In this document: positions 1-14,989 of the stretch, piece by piece
Numbering within the stretch: position 1 is the first letter of the stretch
Layout of the letters: each line of letters begins with the position of its first letter
NCBI GenBank assembly: GCA_001938485.1
Contig: MQRK01232504.1
Span: forward strand, 1 to 62,964
Direction: 5' to 3'
DNA: 62,964 nucleotides
Source: Girardia tigrina
Lineage: Eukaryota
Translations under genes and position numbers: made by a program
The notes under the pieces: generated by a model
Seen by the model: the letters and a program-made list of their open reading frames with translations, nothing else
Databases searched by the model: none
Told to the model about the DNA's origin: nothing

Positions 1-2559
1 TTTTTTTTAATCGATTTATTTTTGATCTATTATTATTGATCATTTTTTTTAATCTTTCATATTGCCATAGGCAATACTGCATTGACTCTGGCTGCCAAGA
101 AAACTAACTAAAAATAAATAAAATAAAACAAAATATGTCAACACCCTTGTACCATAAAAAAANNNNNNNNNNNNNNNNNNNNNNNNNNNNNNNNNNNNNN
201 NNNNNNNNNNNNNNNNNNNNNNNNNNNNNNNNNNNNNNNNNNNTAATACATACTGACGCGCACACCAAAGACACTTGAATCCACATTCACACTCATATTT
301 TGCAATCAGGAAACATTTCCACCTCGAAATGCACAATAGTGTCAAAAGAAAAATGAATCAAAGTCCGCAACAATATTATTTCTGGATATTCTTCCAGAGA
401 TCCAAGGTGGTGTCATACTCCGATATCTGCCTGACTTGCTTTGTAAGACAGAAGAGTCATCGTGTAGTATCACTAGTCTTTGGGGAAGATGATCTTCAAA
501 TTCGTTATCATCATCATCTCCAGAGTCTATCCCACTTTCACTTCAGATTTCTGATAGACTTCCTACTTCTAACATATTGTCATTTGGTGGACCACATGAC
601 TCTTTTTTTGGTGTTAGTGAGATTGCCGTTGTAATGTCTATTTCATCATCGTTTAGCACCATTCCAATCGATTCATCTTCAGATTCTGATTCATTTTGAA
701 GGATATGGATTGCTTTAGTCTTTCTTTTACGTGATGGACATAAACCTATAAAATATATACTTATAAAAGAATCAGACAGTGTAGTATTGTATTACAATCA
801 CAACATTTATAAATGAGTTAAACTCACTTCAGGTTGGTTTCCAGAGGACTGTTTAGACAGTTTTAATATTCCACGTCCTGTTGATTTAATTATCATCAGC
901 AATGAAATTTGAATTATTAATGTCGTTTATTATATCATACAGTTATCAGGAATTTAAAATAAAATGAAAAAATCATAATCTTAATTGTTTTCCAATAAAT
1001 TCTAAAAAATATGATTTATATGATGCGTAATTTATTTAGCAATCAAATATTTTATTGAAATAAATTATGTCAATAACTTGGTATAAAAATATATATTTCA
1101 ATAAAAAGTATATGAATTGAATTTATGGAAACATAATTTGATTACATAGACGTAAATCTCGGGTGGGGCAAAGTTCTTAAAGTTCTTAAATCCTTTCTGT
1201 TCGACATCAAATTGTTCCCCATTATGTATTTATGTTGTTCTCTGTTTGTAACTGTATATGTGAATATTTTTATTTATTTATCTGCGATTTATTTTATCTT
1301 TATGAACGAGATACAAAAGAAAATTAAAAAGTGAAAGAAAGGGAAACAAATAAAAAAAATAATAACTAATAATTTACATCTCATAGAAACGATAAATGAA
1401 AAGGATTATTATTCAACAAGATTTACGAATAATTCTTATTCAATCATATAAAAATAATTACGAACAATCCTAACGACATCCAACCCACTATATCAGAATA
1501 TATTCTTTGCTTTCTTGCATTGACTTTTAATTTAGGACGAACGATCTTACTAAATGAGTAAGAGACAAATCAGTTAGATTTTTTGGCACTTCATTATACT
1601 ACAAAGTCAGGTGACATTCGTATTGCAGTGATTATTGAAATTTTTCTTTTTGCTCTTTCACTTGAATTACCTATAATTGTAAAAGTGGGCCTCCCATCTC
1701 TTTCGAATGCTATTGAGCCTCTAGGCTCTTTAGAGAGTCAATCCAAACTAAAGAATCACTAGAAGCCCCCGATAGGCCTCCTACGGGGTCTGTTAATGAA
1801 ATCTCCATACACCGCATCATACCCAAATAGCCACTATACAGTGTATATAGAATTATAGGTAATGATTATTGAAGCAATTGATGAAGTAACTCTTGAGTAC
1901 TGGATTGCCACGATTTAGATTCATTGATTATGCTGAGTTTGTATTGTGGTTTACGGTTTTTAAAGATGTTGTTGTTGAGTCGATTAAAACGTTTTCTTTT
2001 AATTAATTTTATGGTAATTAAATTGATTTTTTGAGTTTATGAATTTTTCTAAATTTGTATTATTTTAAAATCGATTTTGGTTTGATAATTGATAATTTTG
2101 ATTTTTTTTGGTAATTTGGTTTTTTGGATTGGTGTTTATTGATATCGAGTCTTTCTTGAAAATAATATTATGATTGGATTTGATTCTGAAAGATTTGGTG
2201 ATTTTTTGTGTGGGGCTGCAGCGATCGCAAATTTGCGTTTCAAATTAATTTGCTCCCTCCCATATGAGTATTTAGAGAAAGGTGTTAGAGATAGAGACAA
2301 TTTTACTTTTCTCAAAAGAAAGAGCATTTTTAAGAACATAAACGGGGATTTACACAATTTTTCACAAAACTTTGACTAGATAATAAGATTTTCGGACAAC
2401 TTCCAAATAATTTGCATCTCTTGAAAAATTATTTAGTAAGCGTTAACAAAGCAAAAACAACCATGAAAACAACAAATTAATAACAAATAATAATTAAATA
2501 ATAAATAATAATTAGATTATTGAGAGTAATCGCTGACATTGTTCCAGGCGATCTAAATC

Positions 2560-3430
2560 GCATCTCTGGGACAGAAACTTCCCAAAATTGTTAATGATGT
2601 TTGTAGAATTCTCGCACAAGAATTTCCAAAAGATTTTCAATCGAATTAAGGTCAGGTGAGTCTGCGGCCTAGTCCATGCAATTGATTCCATGGTAGAACA
2701 TTAATGTCTTGATCTGTCGACTCTAATGCATCGACGCATTATCTTGTTGAAAAATAGATTGCATAGTAAAATTTTGAGCAGAAACAACAAGGAATAATTC
2801 TGGAGCACATTGATGTAGTCACGGCTCTTCGTATTGTGAGATACGAACTCCAGCATGCCATTCCAGCAACACAAAATGCATCCCAAACCAAAGCCGGCCC
2901 TCCATCGTAATTTCTCGTTCCAATAAGGGTCCATCCTAACTCAACTTCTTCTCATCATAGAAGATTACCTAGCCACAAAAATGAGTTATAGTAAGGTATA
3001 GTGAATTATATAAAAATACTCAAAACTATCTTGATCCAATCGAAGTTCATGTTAATTTTTTGAACACCAGATGAGCTTCTTTTTGCATAACCAACAACGC
3101 AGAAACTCTTTTGGTTATTTCTCGTTCAATTTAAAGATTCATCACAAAAGCTCTTCAAAAGTTGACTTCGATTCCCAGATTTTTAGCACATATTTGACCT
3201 TCTTGATGGATCTTCCATTGATTTTGACGATTCGATGCTTTGTTATTGAAGTAAGCTTTGGTTTTAGCCCTATCCTTTTTATTGCAGAAATGCCTTTTTC
3301 AAATAATATCAAATTGCAAAAAGTTGGCGATCCAGATGTCATACAATTTCTGTAATTTGCTTGTTATTCCCATTCCAGTTATTGATTTATCTTTTTCATG
3401 ATCAGAAAGGTGCTTAAATGGTTCTATTTT
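2560..3430 (-). mobile_element. Degenerate Tc1/Tc3-like transposase remnant
   Basis: Minus-strand translation gives DWIK|VIFYDEKK (cf. WxKVIFSDEKKFNLDGPDG), FQQDNASMH and SPDLNSIENLWEIL (DD34E motifs), with stops and frameshifts. A 61-nt intron-like spacer at 3029-2969 ends in TAG but its donor reads AT. TIRs not resolved. Confidence 0.85.
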
Positions 3431-3657
3431 CTAAAAAATACAAAAGTTTACATGTAGCAACATAAAATGGTAAATAAAGTAATTTTTCAAGAGGGGTAAA
3501 TTAATTTGAAACGGTTTGAATATCTTATTATCTAGCACAAATTTTTGTGAAAAGTTATAGCGATCTAAATTCACATTTACTTTTCTCTATTGAACTGTTA
3601 CAGTTCTTAAAAAAATTTAAACCAATAATATTGTCTTTATAATATTTGTTATTATTT

Positions 3658-3742
3658 TGGTCGGAGTCGAGTTACACGACTACGACTTCGGCTCAGCCTT
3701 CGACTCCAACTCCGACTCCTTGACTCCAACTCCGCAGCCCTG
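3658..3742. repeat. GACTCC/GGAGTC micro-repeat terminus of a DNA transposon (hAT-like end ...CTCCGCAGCCCTG)
   Basis: Tandem gactcc/aactcc hexamers ending in cagccctg, a CAGGG-type TIR read on the reverse strand. Confidence 0.5.
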
Positions 3743-6009
3743 ATTTAAACACCATTATGTAAAAAATCAATAAAACATTTTATTAATTTAAACATCAAAA
3801 AATAGTAATATTATTAATTTAAACAAAAACATAACGCTCATTTTATATTCCGGATCTTTAATCGGTGTACAAAGACATCTCGGACTTATTCCCAGGGATG
3901 ACGACGTTGATATTTTGATCGATAAAAGACAAAAAGAAACTTAAAGAAAGTCAATAGAGGAACTAAACAATAAATACACACTTAACGATTTGATTAAATC
4001 AAATATGGTTTGGAAATTTTACAAACCAAAGAGAAAATCTAAAAATCTTTGAAATTATGTTTTGTTGAATATTTAAACAAAACTCACTTTTATTCCGGAA
4101 CTATTTTTCGCCACGATGGAAATTTAATTATTGTTTTGATGACCACTTGAAAATGGATGAAATTTTTTTTAAAATTTAATATACACAAAAATTTTGAAAT
4201 TTCCAGCAACTTTGTTGCTAAAATAATTACAACAAATTTGACGGGTTGATTCCAATTCCATTAATATAGTGAGATCAACATTCATTAAATAGAATACATT
4301 TTTATATGTTAATTTATTACTCATAAAATATATTGGTCATAAAATATTTAAAAGAATAAATATTTAATTTGTTTTGTGCAATATAAAAAGTAAAATAACT
4401 TTTCAGAAAATCGGGTATTATAAAATCCGGTTATAATAAATTTTTTTTCTTGGCAAAAAACTGATGTTACTTTAGTTAAATTAAGGAGACTCGTGCCAGA
4501 GTACACAGAGTACACATTCATCTAACAAGAAATTCTATAATCTTATTTATGTAATAAAATATCATCAATGAATTATGAAACACAAGGAGGATTATTGTAA
4601 CTAATCAAAATGTGTAAATATATTAAACATGCACCAATAAAATAGAAAAAAATATTCAAGTAATATTTTGTGACAATAATAAGGTTTGGCCGTCGAGACG
4701 TCGATCTTTGGGGTCCCCATTAATAGGGATATAGGCTGTGCTGTATTACCATGTCATCATAATAACAATAACATAAAGTGATAAAAAATAAAAGAAGGTA
4801 AAATAAAATAAAATAAACGACAGGTGGTCGGAACGACAGCAGTTACAGTTGGTCGAGGTGTATATAGGTGTATATAGGTAATATGTAAAAATTATTCCCC
4901 CCCGACGCGGCGACAAAATGTTGTCTATCGAAGGAAAAGGAATTATATATAATTAAACAATAATATTAATGCTAATAATAATGATTATATAAACATACTT
5001 ATCATAATATAGTCATTTTACAATATAAACAAGTAGATGGCCCAATAAATCTTCCCTAAAAGAAAATATAGTCCTCCATATTTATTAATATAACATTAAA
5101 ATGTTTTTAATAAATTGTTACTAATGCTTTTTATATAGTCCATGCTTTTGAGTGAATATCTTTGGATATATAACGTATCTCTGTAAAAATATTCTGTTAA
5201 AATATTCTCTAAACATAATTCGAATATAAATAATAATAAATCAAACAAATATTAATAATATTCAATAGTATTTTTCTGATAAACAATCTAAATAGATTTT
5301 ATTTAATGGAAATTCAGAAATGTATTCATAAACTAAATTAATTTGAATTATATAAAAAAATAGTTTTTGTTACGATAGGTTCAATAAACCAATTCGATCA
5401 AGGGAAAGAGAAAAATAAGATGTCGAATTCCAATCACATGCAAAGAAGTTGAGAAGATATGAAACATCAAAAACAACTAACAGTTAATCTTTTCCACAAA
5501 ATAATTTATGTTTAATACTTATCAGAATCAAATCTATCTAGGGGCTATCAAATTATGTATTTTTAATGTTTTCTGATGCAACTGAAAATTGCTTATGATT
5601 GTATTTTTTTGATAAAAAATGTTAAAGATTTATCAATTTGTGAATTGCATGACGATTGTTTGACTCTTCTCGCGTATTTTGAAGAGGTTAATTTATGGTG
5701 AAACAACCTCAACTTCCACGGCAAATAATTATTTATAATTAAATTTCTACTTTTATTAATTTTAAAAATTATTTCAATTACGAACTAATTGCCTCCTAAA
5801 AGCTTGCTAGTACTCATATAATCTTCCAAGCTGTAATTTTACACGAATAGTAAATTGTTTAATGATTGGTAATCAAACAAACAGTATTAATATTATATAT
5901 TTTAGCTTTTTAATTTTTAATAGTAATTCAAAGAAACAAAATTCTTTGTTTTTAAATCTCTTATAATTTATAAAGTTTTTTATAATTTATAAATTAACAA
6001 AAGCACGTC

Positions 6010-6325
6010 TTTGTGCACTACAGTCAGCGAGCTCAAAAGGGCGTTCATCCGAGAATAACCACGCACTGAAGTATGTGTGGTAATTAGAGCGACATCAATT
6101 CCACCTGGCTATTTATTGCCGTTGGCAAAATAGTCTCTTACTGCGAGCCTTGAAAAATTTCAGTCTCATTTCCACCGGCTCACTCCAAACTCATGGACCT
6201 AATAGGTTCTACTACGGAATTGTTCTCGTTTCATGGATAGACGAATGTGGCGCTCAGTTTCACTTGTTGTGACTACATTTGTACTACACCTAAGTGGTGC
6301 GTTTAAATTAAATTAAATTAAATTA
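6010..6325 (+). mobile_element. Possible 3' end of a non-LTR retrotransposon/SINE with (AAATT)n tail
   Basis: GC-elevated ~300 bp ending abruptly in ttaaattaaattaaattaaatt. No protein motif recognised. Confidence 0.3.
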
Positions 6326-9300
6326 TGTGATAGGAACCATACCGACATGTGCTTTGCTTTCTTTATAAATATAAATACTTTGAAATTCAAAGGTATAAAG
6401 GAATATGGAAATAATCATCGTCAGTATGTTCCGCATGCGTCATCCAACAGATTTGACAATGTTCATCATATGTTTTTGCTTTCATTATCAAAAACTTATT
6501 CATTCACCTAATATTTCAGTTTTCAGGAATGTATTTCTATTACGGATGATCAATCTTTCTTCTGAAAATGTAAAAAGTCTTGGTACTGGAACTCTAAAAT
6601 CATGACTAATAGGAAAATTTGGTGACCAGACTATTTCGGAAAGACAAATGTGTACATGAACAATTGCGCAAGGGTCAATTGTGTAGATATTATTAAATTA
6701 TTGAGGGTTTTGAATGAAATGATGACATCAATATACAATTCCAATACTTCCAAAATTTTATATTATTAACAGCTTTATTTAATTTTTAATTTAATTTAAT
6801 TTAATTTTTATTTAATTATATTTTTAAAATAACAAGCTAAAAATTCAAAGAAATAAAAAAATCATTAATCGTTTATAGAAAATTATTTATAAAATTAATT
6901 TCATTAAAATTTGTTGTCCAAGTTCCTTCTGCTGCTGCATAAAATGAGGCGCTTGACGATGAAGGGTACTGAGAATAATGGACAGAGATGGAAAGATGTC
7001 CTTCAATTATCCTTCCCATGCATTATGTTCTTTTTCAGAAAAAAAAATTGTTGTGAAGTCAAACATGGGACACCTATACATTTCACACAAGGATTGTAAA
7101 AAGAGCGAAGTATATACACACATACCATAATACTGGCATTGACGACAGTACGAGCAAACTTAAACTATTCTTATCATAATGGTTGCTATGTGTTCCTTCT
7201 TTACATATATACTTTTGTTTATCGAATTATAATTACTTAGGCCAGTTATTTTCTAGATTGTGGGGTTCTATGTTAGGAACAAAATTTCCAATATTAATTT
7301 CCTTGGTTTCTTCTGAAATCAATAAATAGAGAATCTGATAAAGTTATATTCCAAAATTTATTTAAAAAAATTACATGTACATATGTCACAGAATCGATAA
7401 TTAATTTAGTTTATTTAAACACATTATATTTTATTGGTGTATATTTTTTAATAATTCTAATTTTAACCACATTATTTAAATATTAAAAGGAATAATGGTC
7501 GTTTATATATTGAGAATTAAAATATGTAATAATAATATCTTAAAAAACTGTTGAAAACATGAAATCAAACTTCAAATCTATACAAAAAGCAAAAATGATT
7601 TGTTTTGAACGATGTCAACTGTGGGGTGTTTTCCATCCCATCTAAAGTTTTATGCTATCGTATATTCAAACCAAAAGAATATATGGCCTGAAAATTTATG
7701 ACTTTATTTACCTATTCAAAGTCAACAATTTTGCTAATTTGTAAATATATGGCATATATTCAACACATGTTAGGGTATAAAATACCCCTCTAAAACGACA
7801 TATTGTTCAGCAGCTATTTTCGTTTTTTTTCATGATATTAGATAGAAAAGTTGTTACTATTGTATTTCCGTTAACTTTGAAACCAAATCGGCTGTGTATG
7901 ATAGTAATAATTCTATTATCAAATCAGAAGGCTCTGAATACAGAAATATTTACAAAATGATATAAATAGTCACATGATTATGATAAATTTAACCCATAAT
8001 TATCATTAACAACTAGGAGGTAAACCCACTGTGTGTTGTACACAGATAAGTTTTCCACACCGATTGCATCTCTTTTTCCTTTTTCTATAGCCTTGTCGAC
8101 CATAAAAATCACATTTCCTCTGCTTTGCGAATGTTCCCACACCACATCTGAAAATGCGACTCTGACCGATGTCATTGTTTATTTAACAGTTTCGCGCAAC
8201 TTTGGGTGGTTCTTCCTTTGAATATGTTGGAACACTGTTTCATATCCGAGCTTGCGTTTGAAATTGTAATAATGCGTATGTAATAATATGGAATAATGTC
8301 ACCTACATTTGCGCTTTGACCGGTACGCACACACAGGTTTATTTTGTTTGTCGAAGCAGAAATTATTTAATTATAGTAAGACACATTAGTCCAGTGTTTC
8401 CTAACCTTTTTGTGATGTTTCCAACTCAAGTCTACTGTTTGGGATTCAAATTGTGGTTATTATTTTATGTTGTTACTATTATTAGTATACTCAGTTTTAA
8501 ATCTTTTGTCTTTTTCCTCTCTATCGAAAGTTCAATTTAATCCGAATATTTATTAATACTAAGGAGATGAATCTGTGATAATTTTATTTGTTTTTATGTT
8601 GTTAATTACATATGTTAATATATTGTATATAAATGTTGAGGTCTTGTGTATAAAATTATATGTATATATAAATATATACCATACGGTAGTTGGTTGAAAT
8701 AATTGACATCTTGAGCGAACTTAAGCAAAATTAACTAAAGAAATATGCTTTTAAAAATAAATTAAATAAATTAATTAATTACAAATTTTAGTTAATAAAA
8801 ATTGAGTAAAATCAAAATTTAAATTTCTATTGTAAATACTTCCAATAAAACGCAATTTTTTAGCATGAAAGAAAATGGAAATGTAAATTATANNNNNNNN
8901 NNNNNNNNNNNNNNNNNNNNNNNNNNNNNNNNNNNNNNNNNNATTTTTTAGCATGAAAGAAAATGGAAATGTAAATTATAATTTATATATATATATATAT
9001 ATGTATATAATTTATATAATGTGAAAAGTTATTGTTTTAATAATAGCGGAATCACCGCACAATTTTTTAAATATATATTGAATTTGAAGTATTCGTTTTC
9101 ACTTATGAATGTGAATATTGATATCGATAGTTTTATTCACAAAAATGTCAGTCATTTATCTTCAATTATGAAAATGATCGATNNNNNNNNNNNNNNNNNN
9201 NNNNNNNNNNNNNNNNNNNNNNNNNNNNNNNNNNNNNNNNNNNNNNNNNNNNNNNNNNNNNNNNNNNNNNNNNNNNNNNNNNNNNNNNNNNNNNNNNNNN

Positions 9301-9928
9301 NNNNNNNNNNNNNNNNNNNNNNNNNNNNNNNNNNNNNNNNNNNNNNNNNNNNTAGCAAGATTACTGAATTGCAGAATGAAATTATTTCGGTTCAAAAGGA
9401 TAATCGAAATGTAAAAAAGCATTTGGAAAGTGTGTTTTTGTCAAATTCTCAATTACAAAACGGAATTGAGTTGATAAAAAGTAAAATGAAAGAAAGAGAA
9501 CGAGAAAAAGTCCTCTTGAGGACTAAAATTATTGATTGGGAGCGCAGCGCGACACCAGTAGTATAAAATTATATATTAATGCCGTACGGCAGTCAGTTTA
9601 TTTGCAAATAATAAAAAAATAGTATTTTTTGAAATATTTTTAAAGTATTTTTAAAAAAAATGATGAATGAATTTTTTTTGGAAGCTTAAGGCTCCTCTTT
9701 CGGTCATCCCTGGGAATGAGGAACTATTCCCCCTCATTTCCTGAGATGGCTCCGAATTTTGGGAGCCTATTGTTGTATTGTTAAAAAAATAAATATATAT
9801 AAAATTAAATCAAAAATATTAAATATAAAAAAATAATAACTCTTACCAGAATTTGTTAAAAAAAGAAAATGAAAATATTCCTTTTTAAAGAAAAGAATCA
9901 AACGTCGACTCAGTCGACTAATTATAAT

Positions 9929-10251
9929 CGGCCATTAGGCCATTTATCAAAATAAAAATTTAATTTGGCCTGAATGGCCTAATCTGATATCATCGGCCTA
10001 ATGGCCTAATCAGATATTATCGGCCTAATGGCCTGTCAAACTTTATCGGCCTAATGGCCTAATTGATTTATTGGCCTTAATGGCCNNNNNNNNNNNNNNN
10101 NNNNNNNNNNNNNNNNNNNNNNNNNNNNNNNNNNNTGAATGGCCTAATCTGATATCATCGGCCTAATGGCCTAATCAGATATTATCGGCCTAATGGCCTG
10201 TCAAACTTTATCGGCCTAATGGCCTAATTGATTTATTGGCCTTAATGGCCT
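9929..10251. repeat. Minisatellite of GGCCTAAT-based units (~24-30 bp), partly duplicated across an N gap
   Basis: Repeated atcggcctaatggcctaat... units. 9971-10085 is repeated at 10136-10250 on the other side of the gap. Confidence 0.85.
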
Positions 10252-10571
10252 GATGAAAATTTTTTTAAAAAAATATTTTATATAATAAATAAATTAAAAT
10301 ATATATTTATTTATATTTTGGAATTTTAAACATGGTAAGCTCTAGAATAAATAGAGCAATATTTTTATATAAAAAAAAGAAAAAGAAGAAAAATTTTGTA
10401 AAATTAAAAGAACAATTTAATTCCTGTATAGGATTTTAAAATTATTTTATGCTGTATAGCATCTGATATTCTCGCCTCCAATCATTCACAAAGTTGTACA
10501 AACCTTTGCTCAAGATTGTAATTGTATATTGAAATAAACGATTATTGAAAAAGTTTTGTTATTTATTGGAG

Positions 10572-11807
10572 TCAAAGAGTTCATCGAGATTAAACGTTGG
10601 GTCAGATTATTGAGCGCCGAACACCAAACAAATCCTTCTGATTTTTTGTGTTCAAATTTAATTCAAATTAAAAACCCAACATAAATAATAATAATAAAAA
10701 TTAAATAATTAAATATAGTAGAACATAAAAGTTAAAGTAAAAAAATTCATTTCTTTTGATTCGAATTCACTCATTTTGAATTGTGGCGTGATTTCGAGTT
10801 GAGTCACGTGAATGTTGTGACATCAACATTCTGCTTCCATTCAGTCAAAGCTGATTAGTCAATGACAAAATCGATTTGTTAAAAGAATATCACTAATTCG
10901 ATGTCATCACAATAAAGCAAAAAAATCAATAACAAAACAGTTCGGATTGTGTTTTTGTTTTGTCATGACAAATGATGTAAAACAATGACGACGATTATAA
11001 TGTCGATAATAAAATTCGACTGAGAGTGGAAAATTCTTGTAAATTGGTGGTGAACAGTTTTTTTCTTTTTTACTTACGAGTGATCGAACATATTTTGTTG
11101 ATAATTTTGCTTACTTAAACGAATTTGTGATTATGATTGTTCTTATTATTTTTGGTATCGAGTGATTGAATTTGATGATTTATGTGAATTGAGAGTACGG
11201 AATTCGAACCCGTATCGTCGAAACATTTTTAACAAATAACACTATTCTGAGTTGAATTTCAATTGAATTATTTTTCATGAAAGTTATGACAATAACGAGA
11301 AAATTTATATCCTGTGTTGCTACGTGAAATTGAAAGACTTTTATCAATACAGCGAAAATTATTATCCACTGTGCTACACTGCTACCTTCGTCCATTTCTC
11401 GAGGCAATCTGAAGATCGACAGAACATCTACCTAAAATTGGTATTGCCCCCTGTAGTGACCATTAATCAACGAATATTTTTCCGTAAATTTCCAAATACG
11501 AAAATAATTTATGTTTATAATAAATTATTAAATTTTTACCAATAATTAATTTTCACAAAAAAAACCTTTTATCCCAGTTTCAAAGAGTTCATCGAGATTT
11601 TAAACGTTGGGTCAGATTATTGAGCGCCGAACACCAAACAAATCCTTCTGATTTTTTGTGTTCAAATTCAATTCAAATTAAATACCCAACATAAATAATA
11701 ATAATAATAATAAAAATTAAATAATTAAATATAGTAGAACATAAAAGTTAAAGTAAAAAAATTCATTTCTTTTGATTCGAATTCACTCATTTTGAATTGT
11801 GGCGTGA
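10572..11807. repeat. ~220-bp direct repeat pair (10572-10791 and 11580-11807) about 1 kb apart
   Basis: tcaaagagttcatcgagatt...gaattgtggcgtga occurs twice, with a few substitutions and different (AAT)n length. Confidence 0.9.
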
Positions 11808-13555
11808 CTGTTGCTCCTTTATAATGGGATTCAAAAATAAAGTGGATTAATAAATTAAATTAATTTTGTTTAAATAATGTAAATAATTCTCTTTCCGATG
11901 GATAAATTCGAATCTTTTTAAATGAAATAAACATTTTCAATATTTTTCGATTATTTTCTTTTTATCTCATTCGGGCATTTTTTACTTGAAGTTTTTTTAC
12001 CACAACCTCTATTTATATCTACCTATCTCTCTCTTTCTCAATCTCGATATTATATATTCATATATCTCCAAATGCATATCAGATCATTAGAGGATTTATG
12101 CGTCGAAAACTGTTTCGATTTTCTCACAAAACTGTTCGCCCTCAAATCGCATCGACATCATTCCGGAGCTGTCGGGCAAGATGGCGGCCCCCACTATATC
12201 CCAACGCCATCCGAAACCGGTAGGCTATTATTTTTTTTCAGCAGTTTCTCTCGATCCAATTCCCAGGATCGATTTACGACGATCGGGCCAACCCAGGTCT
12301 CACGTAGACGATGTGGCACCCACTCCACACCCCCTCCTTCACTTCCACCTGCTTTTCTGAGGAATATAATTATATATAATTTTTGATGATGCGAAATTGA
12401 TTGTTCATCGAAGTAAAACTTTAAAATTGTTAAGGAAAAACAGCAAATTTTCAAAATGTTTATTAGAGAACGAAAAACATTGAAAATGAAAAATACTTAT
12501 AATTAATACGTAATATATTATATATAATAAATTAATAATGAGATAATACATGAATAAATAATACATTATACATAATACTTTATGTCTATTAAGAACACCA
12601 ATATGACTTTTAACATTATTATTACAAAAAGTTTGATTGTCCTCAGGACAATCTTTGTTAAAGCTTTCATAGGATTGCATCAGTCTATTAATTAATGAAT
12701 TTAATCTTATTATCTGAGCATATGGAGAAATAAATAATGTGTTAAAATATTTACTCAAAACTTATAGGATAAAAATTAAAATAATTATGTATTTAAAATA
12801 TTAATTTAATTTATTTAAAAATTGTAAATAAAATTAATAAACGTATTTAAAATTCTAAAATTATTTTATGTTAGAAATAAATTTAAACATTACATATTTT
12901 CAGATAATAAGAATAAAGTATTAATCAGCCATCTGGGTAGGAGAAACACGTTTCCAAATCAACATTCAACATTCAAACAAAAAACATCAAATATTCAAAA
13001 TATTCCTTAAAATGTCGATAAACAAAGTAATAATTAACAGATAATAATAAATAAAGGAAATAATATAAATAAAAATAAATTGTTGACGGATATGAGACAC
13101 CCCAAATATCATTAATATTATTACAATTATTTTGGTAATCATATTATTATTATTATTATTATTAGTATGATTAGTATTATAAAAGAAAGCTTACTTATAA
13201 AATTTTTTTTGAAAAATGAAATGTTGAAAAATCCGAAACTAATTAACAAATAATCCCATTGGATAAAAACAATAATTGCCTAGAAAAAGAAAATAAATAA
13301 ATTAAACATAAAAATATAATTATATTTGTATATTGATATGTAGAAAATTGGGTATATATACCCGTTTAAAAATTCAAAAAGGAAGTTTAAAAAAAGAAAC
13401 CAAAGATTAAAAATAAATTTGGAATCGGAATTGTCGGATTATTAATATTTGAAATTGTCATAACACGATCGAATTTGTACGATTGTAATTGATAGTAAAT
13501 ATTGTTGGAAATCATTGAAGACTTATTCAATTAAATCAAGTTGGAAGAACCTTAC

Positions 13556-14312
13556 ATGTTTGTAGTCAGATAATTTAATAAAAGTGAGTATAACTCGGTA
13601 AAGAATCTGTATATCCAAAAATGTACGTTAGCCAATATAAAGAAGGTACTGTAGATATTCAATTTTCAGCGTCCATGAACCAGAAGATTTTGATCTCAAA
13701 CTTGCCTACAATAAATAGATAAAATTGTCATAAGTGAATAGCATATTCAGAAATGCACACACACACACACATATATATAATTTAATTAACATTTCGTCTA
13801 AATAAAAATGAGGTCTGGGTCGATAGAGCTCTTAAAAGTTGCGTTTAAGGTCAAAAATTTCACTAATTGTAAACTAAATATCATTGCGTTCGCAGCGGGC
13901 AACATAATCGAATCGTAAAACTTCTTTTAACCCGGCAAATCATTTGTAATTCATGGTAACACAAAACAATAGCTGCCAATCTTTCTGACTCCATAATTCA
14001 AAAACCTGACAATGATGTGATTTTAAAACTCCTAAACGATTGATTTTGTATAAAAAATATTGATTACAATAACGTCAATATATACATATATTTTTAAATT
14101 TACCTGAGAGAATGTGAATATCAATAAAGTTTAAAATCTCATAGTTGATAACGAATATATCGTTAAAGGTTTTGTTGGTATGTGGATTGTTTGCCAAATG
14201 ATTGAAACTGATTTTAAAACTGGAAAGAAAATTAACCTTTAACTTCCCGGTCTTATTGTTTGAATTTAAACACTGTGATTCATTGGGTTGCCGAGCCAAA
14301 AGGTTGCTTATC
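13556..14312 (-). pseudogene. Candidate degenerate multi-exon gene of unknown product
   Basis: Three minus-strand exon-like blocks (~14310-14104, ~14032-13790, ~13706-13556) bounded by AG/GT sites and short AT-rich introns. In-frame stops occur in two blocks and no family motif was recognised. Confidence 0.3.
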
Positions 14313-14989
14313 TAAAATAATGAACAAATAGAAGTGTTGCAAAGAACAAATAATATAACCCAACATATATTTGTCAACATAGAGTACATTGTAAAAAAAG
14401 CAAAAATCAACATTTTTATTTATTAATATGAAAAAACTCAAATTAGATCAACGAATAGTTCGTAAAACAATTCAATAAAACTAGAGTCTTTCCACGCTTT
14501 TAATCTTATTTAAATTGATTTTGTTTTTGATATCGTTTGTCAGTTTTGTGCCAAGGTGATGCCTTGGATGCCTTGAAGGTTTGTTAAACGAACTGTAATT
14601 TCTATTATTTGCTCTAATAAGATTAGAAATCCTTCCAATCGACTTCGAAATCCCTGTTGAGAGCGGAAAAAATTGTAAACAGCTTGCCTGCCTTGATTTA
14701 ATCATGTTGTCCAGATAAATACAGATATCATTCGTTTCACAATCTCTCAGTTCATCAAAGGTCTCACGACAAAATTTATTGTACGATATGTACGACAACG
14801 ACGGCGGCGATGGTTCTGATGATATAAAATTAAATAATGAAATGGATAACACAGTAAATCTTTAAAGTTGCAAAATTAAACAAATTAAAGCTGAAAAATA
14901 AAAGTATATTAAATAGCAAAACAAATTATATATGATGGATAGAAATATATAGAGCAAACAGATATAAAATTTACATTGTAATGAATAAT

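Noticed and set aside
275-850. Acidic minus-strand exon-like segment
   Set aside because: It has stops and no assignable family. Possibly a TE accessory ORF, but it cannot be supported.
8856-8981. Direct repeat flanking the N run
   Set aside because: Identical sequence on both sides of a scaffold gap is most likely an assembly overlap artefact.
9929-10251. GGCCTAAT array as CRISPR or hammerhead (ctgatgaaa at ~10250)
   Set aside because: It is a simple minisatellite. There is no stem II between CUGAUGA and GAAA, and half of the array is duplicated across the gap.
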